Source: an uncultured Nitrospinota bacterium
Lineage (GTDB): Bacteria > Tectomicrobia > Entotheonellia > J063 > CAVPRW01
Length of the DNA: 64,000 bases
NCBI GenBank assembly: GCA_963707985.1
Contig: CAVPRW010000022.1
Coordinates: 64,001 to 128,000, forward strand
Direction: 5' to 3'
The notes beneath the pieces are model-generated. The model was not told where the DNA came from. It saw only the letters and a program-made list of their open reading frames with translations, and did no database searches. A program made the position numbers and the translations under genes. Shown piece after piece: positions 1 to 11,632 of this stretch. Position 1 is the first letter of the stretch. Each line of letters opens with the position of its first letter.

Positions 1-311
1 GCGCTCTAGTGACTTGGCGGACCAACCGCACTATCTCCGACAAGGAACCAATTACCTATCTGAAAGAACGGGCGGACAACTGCACCCTTGGGGAAGAGGA
101 AACGAAGCGGCGGCTGAAAACTCACCTTATTCCTTATTCTCGGCTAGCAGTCGGCTACATCGGCATGTCCGACGATGAGCGACGCGGTCGGGTAAAGACC
201 GACTATGACGCCTTTCTGTCGGCCAGAGCCGAGGTTCTCGCAAAGGCGGCTCTGCGCGCATGTGAGGGCAAAGCTCTGGAGTTAAGCGTGCTATTGAGTG
301 ATGCGAATTGA
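1..311 (+). CDS. C-terminal part of a probable GmrSD/DUF262-family protein (5' truncated by window edge)
   Basis: TNRTISDKEP..YL, HLIP and DYDAFLSARA resemble the C-terminus of DUF262 proteins; overlaps the helicase start. Confidence 0.5.
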   Translation, partial: ALVTWRTNRTISDKEPITYLKERADNCTLGEEETKRRLKTHLIPYSRLAVGYIGMSDDERRGRVKTDYDAFLSARAEVLAKAALRACEGKALELSVLLSDAN

Positions 312-3153
312 CGCGAATAGCTGGTACTACAGCCCAGACCACGGGCAGCTCTGTCAGGTCATCGAAGCCCAGACGCTCTGGGGTGAGACGACCTGCCGCG
401 TCTGGCTGCCCGGCCGCGACTCCGTGGTCCGCATCCCGGCTTCCAGGCTCAAGTCCCTGGAGAGCGCGGGCACCGGCTCGCCGGACGATATCGCCTACGT
501 CGCTGCTGCCGCGCGGGTGGCCGACGCCCTGACCCAGGACGTCCTGCTCGCGCCCATCGAGTCCTCCGTCATCCCGCTGCCGCACCAGATTCGGGCCCTG
601 TCCCGCGCCATCGCCAACGACCGGGTGCGCTATCTCCTGGCGGACGAGGTCGGCTTGGGCAAGACCATCGAGGCCGGTCTCATCATGCGGGAGCTCAAGC
701 TCCGCGGGCTGGTCAAGCGGACGCTGGTCATCGCCCCGAAGGGACTGGTGAGCCAGTGGGTCAGCGAGATGCGCTTCCACTTCGGCGAGACCTTCCAGCT
801 CGTGCTCCCCGAGGACATCAAGACATTGAAACGGATCGCCCCGGCAACGGGCCCGGGAAACGGCGAGAAGGGCAATCACGACCCGGAGATTCTTGCCCGC
901 CAACGCCTGGCAGATGTTCTCCCAGGTGGTCGTGCCGATGGATTCGGTCAAGCCCCTGGACAAGCGCCGTGGATGGACCGCGGCCCAGGTGGGCGAGTAC
1001 AACCGCGAGCGGTTCGAGGACCTGATCTCCGCCGGCTGGGACCTGGTCATCGTGGACGAGGCGCACCGTCTCGGCGGCAGCACCGACCAGGTGGCCCGCT
1101 TCAAGCTGGGCCAGGGACTCTCCGAGGCCGCGCCGTATTTCCTGCTGCTTTCGGCCACGCCGCACCAGGGCAAGACCGATGCCTTTCACCGGCTGGTGTC
1201 CCTGATCGACGCCCAGGAATTCCCGGACATCAGCAGCGTCACCCGCGAGCGGGTCCAGCCGTATGTGATCCGCACCGAGAAGCGCCGCGCCATCGATGCC
1301 GAGGGGAAACCGCTGTTCAAACCCCGGCGCACACAGCTTGCCCCGGTCTCCTGGGAAGAGCGTCACCGCGATCAGCAGCTCCTCTACGAGGCGGTCACCG
1401 AATACGTCCGCGAAGGCTACAACCAGGCCATGCGGGAGAAGCGGAGCTACATCGGCTTCCTGATGATCCTGATGCAGCGCCTGGTGGTCTCCAGCACGAG
1501 CGCCATCCGCACCACGCTCGAAAGGCGGCTCGAGGCGCTCGCCGCACCCGAGGAGCAACTGACCCTGTTCCCGCTCACCTCCGAGGAGGAATGGGCGGAC
1601 CTGGACGGCCAGGAGCAGATCGACGTGCTGCTTCGCACCCGCCTCAAGGCGCTGAAGAACGAGCGCGCCGAGGTCAAGCTGCTCCTGGATGCCGCGGCCC
1701 GCTGCGAGCAGATCGGGCCGGACGCCAAGGCCGAGGCGCTGCTCGACTGGCTCTACCGCCTCCAGTCCGAAGAGGGCGATCCGGAGCTCAAGGCGCTGGT
1801 GTTCACCGAGTTCGTGCCCACCCAGGAGATGCTGCGGCGATTCCTGACCGAGCGCGGGTTCTCGGTCGTCTGCCTGAACGGCTCCATGGACATGGAAGAG
1901 CGCAAGCGGGTCCAGGAAGCCTTCGCCAAGGATGCCCGCATCCTCATCTCCACCGACGCCGGCGGGGAGGGCTTGAACCTCCAGTTCTGCCACGTGGTGA
2001 TCAACTACGACATCCCCTGGAACCCGATGCGTCTCGAACAGCGGATCGGCCGGGTGGATCGCATCGGCCAGGCCCATGCGGTTCGCGCGGTCAACTTCGT
2101 CTTCGAGGACTCGGTCGAGCACCGGGTCCGGGAGGTGCTGGAGCAGAAGCTCGCCGTCATCTTCGAGGAGTTCGGCATCGACAAGACCGGCGACGTCCTC
2201 GATTCGGCCCAGGCCGGCCGGATGTTCGACGACATGTACGTCGAGGCGATCCTCAACCCCGAAAAGGTGGAGGACTCCGTGGAGAGCGTGGTCGCCCGCT
2301 TGCAGGAGCAGGCCCGCGAGGCGCGGACGACGGCATCCGTGCTTGGCACAACCGAGGACCTGGAACCCGGCGAAGCCCAGCGGCTGCTGACCCACCCCTT
2401 GCCCCATTGGGTCGAGCGCATGACCGTGAGCTATCTGAAGGCGCATGGCGGCCAGGCCGAGAGAAAAGGCCAGAGCTGGAATCTCACCTGGCCTGACGGC
2501 GAAACCTACGAAAACGTGGTCTTCACAGGCAAGGAGGCTGAAAGACTCCCAGCCGCCCGGCACCTCACCCTGGAAGAGCCGAAGGTCCGCGGTCTGGCCA
2601 TGCGGCTTCCTCGCTTTGCGCCAGGCCAGCCGGTCCCGGTCGTGTCGATCCCAGGCCTCTCCGACGAAGTCCAAGGCATCTGGTCCCTGTGGCGAATCGC
2701 CATCGCCACCATGGAGTGGAACCGTCGGAGGATCATGCCTCTCTTCCTGGCCGACAACGGCATGGTCTACATGCCGACGGCCAGACACGTGTGGGATCAG
2801 CTCCTCGACGGCAAGCACACAGGTCCGGTCCATTCTTGACACCTCGGTCTCCCAAGCCGCCTTCGCAAAGCTGCAGAGCGCCGCGGAGGAACACGGAAAG
2901 CCCATCTACGAAGCGCTCGTCCAGGAGCACCGGGCCCGCATCGCGCGCGAGCGAGAGAAGGCCAGACTACGCCTTTGCCGCCCGCCGCAGAACCATCGAG
3001 CGGATCGGTCTGCCCCAGGTCCGCAACTATCGCCTGAACCTCCTGGCCCAGGAGGAGCGAAGCTTCCAGGAGCAGCTCGACCAGAAGGCCCACGCCTATC
3101 CCGAGATGGTGCCGCTGCTTGTGATTCGGGTGGAGGGCGGTGGCCATGAGTAG
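298..3153 (+). CDS. brxHII: SNF2-family helicase, BREX type 3 BrxHII-like; frameshifts near 890, 2810 and 2960
   Basis: LLADEVGLGKT, IVDEAH, LLSATP, STDAGGEGLNLQ and QRIGRVDR motifs across ORFs 298/893/2445/2689; directly upstream of pglZ. Confidence 0.85.
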
Positions 3154-5158
3154 CTGGCGCGATCAAATCCTCAAGGAGTTCACCCCGAAGGTCGCTCGAC
3201 TCACCTTGGTGGCCGATCCGGATGGACTTTTGCTCGAAGAAGGGATTCTCGAAGGTGTCCGCGAACGTGGCTTCGAGCTGATCCCGTTCGAAGACCACAT
3301 CGCGTTCCGCTACGCCTACGAATCGAAGTTCCGATCCCACTGGGACCGGGGCGAGCACACGGACCTCGTGGTCGTCTTGCGCTCCCAAGCCAGCGACCTC
3401 GGTGGGTTGCCCTACGATCTGCTTCAGGCCGGCCGCAGGCTCTCGTTCAATCTCGGCGACATCTTCCCGAACCTCAGCTATCCGGTCGTGACCGCTCTGG
3501 ATCGCGGGGACCTCGATGCCTTGTATGAGGCCCAGAGAAGACATGCACCCGGACCAGTTGGGCGACAACGCCACCAAGGAGTTCGTTCTCCGGCACGTCT
3601 TTGAAATCGCGCCCGAGCTGATCAAGCAGCCATCGGACCTCTTGCGGGTGCTGCTGCGCCGTCACTACCGCGGCCAGCGCATCCCGCCGCTGCTGGACGA
3701 GCGGTTCATCCAACTCCTGCGTCAGAGCACTCATCTTCGACGACTGGCCGCTTGAGACACTGGTGACGGACCGGGAGGCATTCTTCGCATTCCTCCAGGA
3801 GCGCTGGCCGATCTTCCTCGACCGCGAGGCAGCCAAAGGGGCATCCGGTGTTCGTGAAGACGAGAAGCCCTACGGTTTGACCATTGAGGGACCTGTCGAT
3901 CTGCCCTTCGACCACCATGACATCCGGGTCTACATCGACAACCTGTTCGTCGAGGGATTGCTGCACTCCGTGCCACACGACCATGCGGACGCCCTGTCCA
4001 AGACCTGGGTAGGCATCGGCCTTCGAACCGCCCCAATCGAGGACAGGTCCCGTCGCCTGGGCAAGCTCATCGAGAGTCTGCAGGCATCCATTCCGGCCGA
4101 CGACGCAAAGCACACGGACTGGTTCCACTTTGCCCGTGGATGGGCGGAGCTGGTTCTGCTCATGAACGAGCAACCCGATACCGTCCGCGGGGAAACGAAC
4201 GAGCACGCGAAGAGCTTGCAGGCACAGGTGGACGCCGGTTTTACCGCCTGGCTCTTCAAGCGGTACGCCGGGCTTGTCAATCTGCCGCCAGTGCCTCCGG
4301 TCATGCTGCATCACCTCCCGCGGTTTCTTGCCCGTCAGGTGGGCGACGACCGACATGCGAAGATCGCACTGATCGTGGTGGATGGTCTTGCCATGGACCA
4401 ATGGCTGGTGGTCCGTGACCGCGCTCGCCTCGCGGCAGCCCGGCTTCCGATTCCGGGAGCAGGCGGTCTTCGCCTGGATTCCATCTCTCACCTCCGTTTC
4501 ACGCCAGGCCGCCTTCGCCGGCAAGGCTCCCATCTTTTTCCCGAACAGCATCCAGACCACGGACAAGGAACCTGCACTTTGGACGCAGTTCTGGGCGCGA
4601 TCAGGGCTTCACGCCAAACGAGGTCGTGTACATCAAGGGACTGGGCGACGGCAGTCTGGAGAACGTTTCCGAAGCGCTTTCTCATCCCAAGGCAAGGATC
4701 GCCGGGCTGGTCGTGGACAAGGTCGACAAGATCATGCACGGGATGGAAATGGGCACCGCCGGGATGCACAACCAGGTGCGCCAGTGGGCCAAGCAACCCT
4801 ACCTGAACAGCTCTTCTCGATCTGCTTCTGGATCAGGGTTTCCATGTCTACCTGACTTCTGATCATGGGAATATCGAAGCCGAAGGTTGCGGTCGGCCAG
4901 CCGAAGGGCGCTGTGGCGGATCTGCGCGGTGAGCGCGTTCGCATCTATTCCGACCCGGTCCTTCGCGGCAAGGTGAAGGAACGCTTTCCCGCCGCCGTCG
5001 AATGGCACCCCGTTGGTCTCCCGGACGACTACCTCCCACTGCTGGCTCCGCCTCGGCAGGCGTTTGTCCACGAAAAGCAGCGCATCGTGAGTCATGGCGG
5101 CATTTCGGTCGAGGAGCTCATCGTCCCTCTGGTTCAGATCGAGAGGAGGGGCGCATGA
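3146..5158 (+). CDS. pglZ: BREX-3 PglZ alkaline-phosphatase-family protein; several frameshifts
   Basis: N-terminus MSSWRDQILKEFTP..LTLVADPDGLL; VVDGLAMDQW, SLTSVSRQA, TSDHG and HGG motifs over successive frames. Confidence 0.9.
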
Positions 5159-5928
5159 GCCAACGGATGAACCAGATCGGATTCAGTCAGCGCGTGCGTT
5201 TGGAATGGCTTGAGCAAACCGCCAACCTCGTCCTGGCGGGAAACGACAAGACCGCCGTCAACGATGCCCTGCAGGAGCTGCTGAAGGACAAGGTGTCGGT
5301 AGACGGCCAGGCGGAGCGCGGCAATCGCGAGAAGATCATCACCATTCTTCTCAAGGTGTGGCTGACGGTTCCCACTGAACTCGAATCATTGCGCACGGAT
5401 GGCCTGGAGCTGCTCAAGCAAATTCCTCGAGGTGACCATTTAGCCATTCATTGGGGCATGGTCATGGCCGTCTATCCGTTCTGGGCAGGCGTGGCTACTC
5501 AGGTGGGACGGCTCCTAAGACTTCAAGGGTCTGCAGCCGCGGCCCACATCCAGCGGCGGGTCCGCGAGCAATATGGCGAGCGGGAGACCGTTTCCCGGGC
5601 CGCTCGGCGTGTGCTACGTTCGTATGTAGACTGGGGCGTACTGCAGGAAACGGGTGAGAGCGGAGTCTACCGTGCCGCTCCATCCCAGGCTGTGGACGAC
5701 ACTCGCCTGATTGCCTGGTTGGTTGAGGCGTTCCTGCATTCCCGGGTCAATCGTTCCTTCCCCTTGAAAGACCTGTTCGACAGCCCGAGCCTCTTCCCCT
5801 TCGGCATCACGCCAATGCATGCCGAAAGCCTCATAGCTGCATCATCCAGACTCGACATCCTCCGCCATGGGTTGGACGACGACTTGGTCATGCTGAAAAA
5901 ACGGCCAGCGAAGGGACTCACGGAATGA
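5155..5928 (+). CDS. brxA: BREX-3 BrxA-like protein
   Basis: ATGA overlap with pglZ; IGFSQRVRLEWL, HWGMVMAVYPF, YGERETV; final position matches type 3 BREX gene order. Confidence 0.65.
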   Translation: MSQRMNQIGFSQRVRLEWLEQTANLVLAGNDKTAVNDALQELLKDKVSVDGQAERGNREKIITILLKVWLTVPTELESLRTDGLELLKQIPRGDHLAIHWGMVMAVYPFWAGVATQVGRLLRLQGSAAAAHIQRRVREQYGERETVSRAARRVLRSYVDWGVLQETGESGVYRAAPSQAVDDTRLIAWLVEAFLHSRVNRSFPLKDLFDSPSLFPFGITPMHAESLIAASSRLDILRHGLDDDLVMLKKRPAKGLTE

Positions 5929-6235
5929 TGAGCATCTGCTGAGGCAGCAGCATGTTTCAGGAGACACACGCCGGAAAGCAAAGGAGGAGTCTTCACGGCT
6001 TCTCCCCTGTTTACCGCAACATATCCCCCACTTGAGCTTGTGGGAATTTCGTTACCGTAGGTTTTGGTAAACTCGCTGCCGCTAACACATCAAGGATTTG
6101 CACCGTGTTGCCCCTGGTACGCCACACATCGTTTTTGGGAAAGTCCTAAATAACATCGCTGTCAGTATCTAAAAGATAGTCGATAACTCGCTAACAGAGG
6201 TTTTCGCACGATTGCTGCCTGGAACCTAGGAAGGC

Positions 6236-6649
6236 CTATGTGGGGGAGGATGGCGGAGATGGGCGGTATGGCGACCGCAGGACGTGTAAGCCGGGAATAA
6301 ATCGAAAGTGACGCACATTATCCGTTACGAGCGTATGCGACCCCTCCAGAGTAATCGCCGCAATCAGGGCATCAGGGATCCCGAGGCCGTGGGCGAGCCC
6401 ATACTGGTGCACCAGATCGACCGCCTGCTGCGATGCGGTCACCGACACCGGCAGCCGGGTCACGCGATTGTGCGTCAGAAACCGGAGAATCGTGGCCAGC
6501 TCCTGCTGATTGGCCGCGCCTTTGTACAGTTCCATGACCGTGATATCGGTGGTCGCCCGTTGATCCGCTGGGAGGCTGTGGATATAGGTGCTTGCGGCTT
6601 CCAGCCCCCGAAAGTGGTCGATGAACACGTCGGTATCCAGGACCATCAT
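6236..6649 (-). CDS. vapC: PIN-domain toxin (VapC family)
   Basis: VLDTDVFID, ELYKG, DALIAA and LVTDN..HF motifs; ATGA overlap with the upstream gene. Confidence 0.9.
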   Translation of the reverse strand: MMVLDTDVFIDHFRGLEAASTYIHSLPADQRATTDITVMELYKGAANQQELATILRFLTHNRVTRLPVSVTASQQAVDLVHQYGLAHGLGIPDALIAAITLEGSHTLVTDNVRHFRFIPGLHVLRSPYRPSPPSSPT

Positions 6650-6885
6650 CGTGTCCATTCCCGGTGTCGCAACTCGGCTACCCACTTCGCCGCGTCCTGC
6701 ATCTCTGGCCGGTCGGCCCACATGCCAAAGCCAATCGGCTCAAAGGCAGGCTCGGGCTTGGCATGGGCCACATAGGCGGCCAGACTCTGCAGCACCAGCT
6801 CTTCCAGTGACACCCCGAGTTCCTGGGCGAGGTGCTCGAGTGTCGCAAACTCTTCGTCCGAGACGACAGCTCGCAGCTCTTTCAT
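6646..6885 (-). CDS. Cognate antitoxin, probably ribbon-helix-helix type
   Basis: 79 aa, RBS GAAGGAG, FGMWADR tail, coupled to the PIN gene. Confidence 0.75.
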   Translation of the reverse strand: MKELRAVVSDEEFATLEHLAQELGVSLEELVLQSLAAYVAHAKPEPAFEPIGFGMWADRPEMQDAAKWVAELRHREWTR

Positions 6886-7355
6886 CCTATGCTCCTTCCG
6901 CCCAGAGGGCGAGGCCCCTTCACACACGGACCAGGTCGCGCCGTTGCTGACATCCTCCCGGTCACTGCCCATCTATCGGCGTCAGACGTCAATCGGCCTG
7001 AACGGCACCGGGCTCTCCGAAGAGACCAAAGGCGGGCATGCAATCAAGGGCATGCCGCACGTTCATTCGGCAACCACGCGTAGCAGAGACCGAGTGTCTC
7101 TCCTCGCTTCTGCCGTCCCGGTCGCCGAGGGAGCCTTGCGGCGTGATGCCATCGTCGTCTGCCTTGGTAGGTCTCCGTTGAACTTGCATTAGAACACTGG
7201 GCATCGCTCGAACACGGTGCGAGGCATGCGTGGATCATCCGGCTTCACACACGCTGTCCCTCAATACCGCATACCGCGGAATCTTCTCCACGGCCACCGT
7301 TTCGTCCCAGTGTACACTGAAGCGCGGCGTTTTCCCATGTGGACTGGAGCACGGA

Positions 7356-7596
7356 GGCATTGTCACCTTAACCGCATCCCTCTGCCCCAGCATGGCGTGG
7401 CATACTCATCCCATCAAGGCCCCTTCTCGGGAGACGAGTGTGCTCTCTTCATAACCAATGGACTGTTCCGGGAAGAAGCTTTTCCGTAAGCTGATCAAAA
7501 GGTTAATCTATCTCCCGCGGGTGATCATCACGGACAAACTCAACAGCTATGGCGCAGCGAAGCGCAGATCCTGCCTGGCGTCACGTTGACAAGGCC
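7356..7596 (+). mobile_element. Internally deleted IS6-family element (241 bp)
   Basis: Ends GGCATTGTCACC / GTTGACAAGGCC are imperfect IRs; internal relic reads KKLFRKLIKRLIYLPRVIITDKLNSYGAAKR. Confidence 0.7.
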
Positions 7597-8920
7597 TCAC
7601 AACGTAAAATTAAACTCCTCGACCAGCGCTCCAGGCAGAGTGGCTGCTCCCAGTCGAGCGTTCATGGTAGGTGCTGGGATCCAGGATGAAGTCGCGTTCG
7701 GCGGTCAGGCCCAGGAGATGATCGCCCAGCATGCGGTAGATCGATTCGTCGAAGCGCATCACACTCAACGGGGCCTGTATCACGCCCCCTTCCACCCAGA
7801 ACGTGGCAAAGCGCGTCATGCCGGTGATGCGGCACGCCGAACGGTCGGAGTAGTTGAGATACCATAAGTTATTGATGTACACCCCAGTGTCGAGCTGTCG
7901 CAAGACATCGTCGCGCGCCAGATCACCCGCAGCCATGTCGACTGACTCCGGCGCTTCGGCGTTGGAGGCCCCGTTCGTCGGCACATCGTATTCCTTGGCC
8001 GAACGCGGCGACACGAGACAGTCGTGAAAGGCACCGGCCTCGATGAGCGTCACCTGATCTGGTTTGATGAATCCAGCTGCCTGAAAATTCGGCGAGACGC
8101 CATCATGGGTGTTCTCACGCAAGGTGACGGCGGGATGCAGACGTACACCTTCTTCCACCATCTTGAGCAGCGTGGTTTGCTTCGTACGATGATCTTTCAG
8201 ACCAAAACCGCTCCAGGCAAGCATCTCGAGAATGTCATAGAGGGCTGCGGGAGCCAGGTACACACGATAGTGCCCAGGGGAGATGGTGTGCGGTGGCCAT
8301 CTCAGCATTTCGAGCTGCTCCGCCGCCTCGGTAACCTTACGCGTCAAGACCGTGGGCTCCCAGACAAACCCGGCATAGCTCGTCTTGACGGCTTTATCGC
8401 GCTCATAATAAAGGCTCCAATCGCAGTTGAAGGTAAAGCTTGCAAACCAGTTCCGCTGTCCGAGCGCATTGGCGAACCCGGCGTATATGCCCCCGGCCGC
8501 ATAAATGCCGACCAGATCTCGACCACTGCCGGCGTCAAGAATGGCTGCGACGGCATCAGCCCGATCGGGGAGACGATTCTCCCCCTGCTGCACGGTGGAG
8601 TGCACCGTGGTGGCATAGAGAAGATGCGGATCCTCAGGGAGATGCGGCAGCTGCTCCCGCAGTTCGCTCAGTAATTGGCCAAGGCGAGCGTGGTCGCTGT
8701 CGAAATCGCCAGAAAGCGCAATCTCCGCCGCCGCGTGTCGGTTACCATGGATGAGGTCGAGGGCCAGAAAGCGCTGATCAACAGTCCCCGCCTGGCGTAT
8801 GGCGCTGCGGTTGAAGCGCACGAAGTCGGAGTCCTCGGCGTGGAAGGTACAGGTATAGAATTCTTCCCCTTGCAGTGACTTGGTGATAGCGTCGGCAAGC
8901 GCGTAAAAGTAGTCCTGCAT
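7597..8920 (-). CDS. tldE: TldE/PmbA-family protein; frameshift about 50 bp before the stop
   Basis: FVRFN, NLWYLNYSDR, TGMTRFATFWVE, MRFDES; shifted frame ends PGALVEEFNFTL-stop at 7597. Confidence 0.85.
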
Positions 8921-8923
8921 CGT

Positions 8924-10357
8924 CTATTCTCCACCAAAAACCTCGACGTTGGCGAACAGACAGGCTGGCGCGGCATGTCCCGTGCGCATGACCTGATTCG
9001 GTTCACCCTTCCCACAATTCGGAGTGCCCATAATATCCACGGTATCGGGGTTGCCGACCATCTTCAGGCTACGCCAGAAGGTGGCTGAGATGCCGCGGTA
9101 GTTTGGATTCTTCACCACTGTCGTGAGGCGACCTCCTTCGACCAACTGGCCCCACTCACAGCCAAACTGGAACTTGTTACGCGAGTCATCGATGGACCAC
9201 GAGCAGTTGGTCCGCATATAGATGCCGTGGTCTATGGCGGCGATCATCTCGTCCAGTCTGGCGTTGCCCGGCTCAAGGTTGATGTTGGCCATGCGGTCGA
9301 TGGGGGGGCGATTCCAACTTGAGGCCCGCGCATTGGCGACGCCTGGAACATTGGCACGGATCTGCGAGGTACGCCCACCGAGAGCACGCTGCAAGATGCC
9401 GTTCTGGATGAGGTACTCGCGACGCGCTGGCTGACCATCGTCGTCGAAGCCATAGCTGACAAACTGCTCAGGGTTGGTGGGATCAAAGGTGATGTTTAAC
9501 AGGTCCGAACCGTAGCGATAGGTCCCAAACATCTCAGGGGTCACGAAGCTCGTGCCCGCATAGTTGCGCTCATCGCCGAGGATGCGGTCGAGCTCCAGCG
9601 GATGCCCGACGGATTCATGGACTTGCAGGATCACCTGATCTGGCGCCAGTAACACGTCCATCGTACCCGAGGGGCAATTGGGTGCCACCAGCAGTTGCAA
9701 GGCCTCCTGGGCGATGCGGGGAGCCGCGGTACGGAAGTTGACGTGTTCGAGGATCTCCATGCCCCCCTGTCGGCAGAAACCTCGCCCGCCAAAGGTGCGT
9801 GTCTGCGTCTCAGCTCCCACGTTGGCGGTAGCGCTGAGCATGGGTACAAGATAGCGAAAGCGCTGCTCGACCTGTCCACCGTCGGCCGTGAGGTAAAGCG
9901 TGTCGACTGCCGTATGCCAGAGCGAGGTTTCCCAATCGACAATACGGTCGTCGGTCTTGAGGCGTGCACACTCGTCCCGTAGCAGGTCGATCTTGTCAGA
10001 TAACGGGACACTGCTCCAGGGTTGGTGCTCCACACTGCCATACTCACCGTGAGGTGGCGCAACGATCAGTTGCGCGAAATCCACCACGCTCCGGCGCGCA
10101 CTCAGTCTGGCCCAGTCGTGAGCCCGCTCGGCGGCACGGCGTAAACCACTGAGGCTCAAGTCGCTTGTCGCGGCATACCCCATACCACCGCCAGCGTAGA
10201 TCGTCACCATGGCGCCACTGTCCTCTGACGTCGCAAAAGGCTGCACGACATCTTGACGTACGGCGAGGTACTCGGAGCGCTCCCTGACATAGCGTAACGA
10301 GCAGAAATCCACCGGCGGAGCCGCCTGGCGGAACCGTTCTACAAGATGTGCGTCCAT
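8924..10357 (-). CDS. tldD: TldD-family metalloprotease
   Basis: HESVGHPLE metal motif, PIDRMAN, CGKGEPNQ. Confidence 0.92.
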   Translation of the reverse strand: MDAHLVERFRQAAPPVDFCSLRYVRERSEYLAVRQDVVQPFATSEDSGAMVTIYAGGGMGYAATSDLSLSGLRRAAERAHDWARLSARRSVVDFAQLIVAPPHGEYGSVEHQPWSSVPLSDKIDLLRDECARLKTDDRIVDWETSLWHTAVDTLYLTADGGQVEQRFRYLVPMLSATANVGAETQTRTFGGRGFCRQGGMEILEHVNFRTAAPRIAQEALQLLVAPNCPSGTMDVLLAPDQVILQVHESVGHPLELDRILGDERNYAGTSFVTPEMFGTYRYGSDLLNITFDPTNPEQFVSYGFDDDGQPARREYLIQNGILQRALGGRTSQIRANVPGVANARASSWNRPPIDRMANINLEPGNARLDEMIAAIDHGIYMRTNCSWSIDDSRNKFQFGCEWGQLVEGGRLTTVVKNPNYRGISATFWRSLKMVGNPDTVDIMGTPNCGKGEPNQVMRTGHAAPACLFANVEVFGGE

Positions 10358-10617
10358 CCTTCTCCTCCTCGGGGTGTTGCAGCGGATATACGGTCATTTG
10401 GCCCCTTGCCACAGGCAGCGCTAGCATGGGTACGGCACGAGTCAAGTAGGGCATGACGATGATATGGACAGGACTATATTAAAGGGCTGGGGAGCTGCTG
10501 TCGAGGACCGTCAGCTAGGGAGGGAACCTAGGGCATCTCGCCGGATTCGTAAGCACTTGTACTTACAATCGATTCTCGAAAATCAACATTCACGGCGGAA
10601 CGCCCATACTGTCGGAA

Positions 10618-11532
10618 TCACGCCGATCCGTTGCGCAATCTGGGGTCCAAGATATCTCGTAACATATCACCAAAGAGGTTGAAGGCCAGTACAGCAATAC
10701 TGATCGCCAGCCCAGGGAAGAGGGCCAGGGTCGGCACGCGCTCCATAAATTGCCGGCCCGCACCGCTGAGCATCCCGCCCCAGGAGGGAGTCGGCGGCGG
10801 CGTGCCCAACCCCAGGAAGCTTAGCGACGCCTCGATAATGATCGCATTGCCAAACAAGACGGAGGCGAGGACGATGACGGGTGCGACGATATTGGGGAGG
10901 ATGTGCGCCAGCATGATGCGTACATCGCTACAGCCGATTGCCTGTGCGGCATCGATATAGGTGTCCTGCGCCACCGCCAGGACGGCACTCCGCACGACGC
11001 GTGCTTGGGCTGGAATATTCACGATGGCAATGGCGGTGATGGCCGTGGTTGTGCTTGGCCCAAGCACAACCACCATGACGAGCGCCAGGATCAACCCAGG
11101 AATGGACTGAATCGCGTCGATGAAGCGCTGCACGATGAGGTCGACTGTACTACCCGCAAAGGCACTTAGCGTTCCTACCACCACTCCAATGCCAGTGGCG
11201 ATGACCACGGAAAGCATCCCAACCCAGAGGGAAATGCGTGATCCATATATCACCCGGCTCAGGATATCTCGGCCAAGATTGTCGGTGCCCATGGGATGTG
11301 TCCAACTCGGCGGTTGAAGGCGCTCTGAGTCAGAGACTGTCAGCGGGTCATAGGGAGACACGACATCCGCCAGACAGGCCCCGACAATGAGCAGGAGGAT
11401 AATCACCGCCGAGGCGGCCCCAAGCGGCTTTTGCTTGGCGATGAGGAACCATCTGGGAAGCCCTTTGCATACGTGGATGTACCCTTTGAGAAGTGCGTCG
11501 GCTGCTAGTGATGATGTCATGATGCCGCTCAC
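10618..11532 (-). CDS. Peptide/nickel ABC transporter permease (DppC/OppC-like)
   Basis: HPMGTDNLGRD, YIDAAQAIG, EASLSFLGLG, PSWG. Confidence 0.92.
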   Translation of the reverse strand: MSGIMTSSLAADALLKGYIHVCKGLPRWFLIAKQKPLGAASAVIILLLIVGACLADVVSPYDPLTVSDSERLQPPSWTHPMGTDNLGRDILSRVIYGSRISLWVGMLSVVIATGIGVVVGTLSAFAGSTVDLIVQRFIDAIQSIPGLILALVMVVVLGPSTTTAITAIAIVNIPAQARVVRSAVLAVAQDTYIDAAQAIGCSDVRIMLAHILPNIVAPVIVLASVLFGNAIIIEASLSFLGLGTPPPTPSWGGMLSGAGRQFMERVPTLALFPGLAISIAVLAFNLFGDMLRDILDPRLRNGSA

Positions 11533-11632
11533 CTTTGCGCGCAGATGAACAGGAAGCTGTCCCTCTCTATAGCCCAGCGGCAGACTGTTCTTGCAGCCGC
11601 TGTATGACCGGTGTGCATGGGCTGCCGTGCGC

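Noticed and set aside
818..2905. 695-aa antisense ORF and similar shadow ORFs (e.g. 35805-36887, 46759-47754)
   Set aside because: They lie opposite well-supported genes, as expected in high-GC DNA
5930..6235. AT-richer segment after BREX as an att site or IS end
   Set aside because: No partner repeat, tRNA or integrase found in the window
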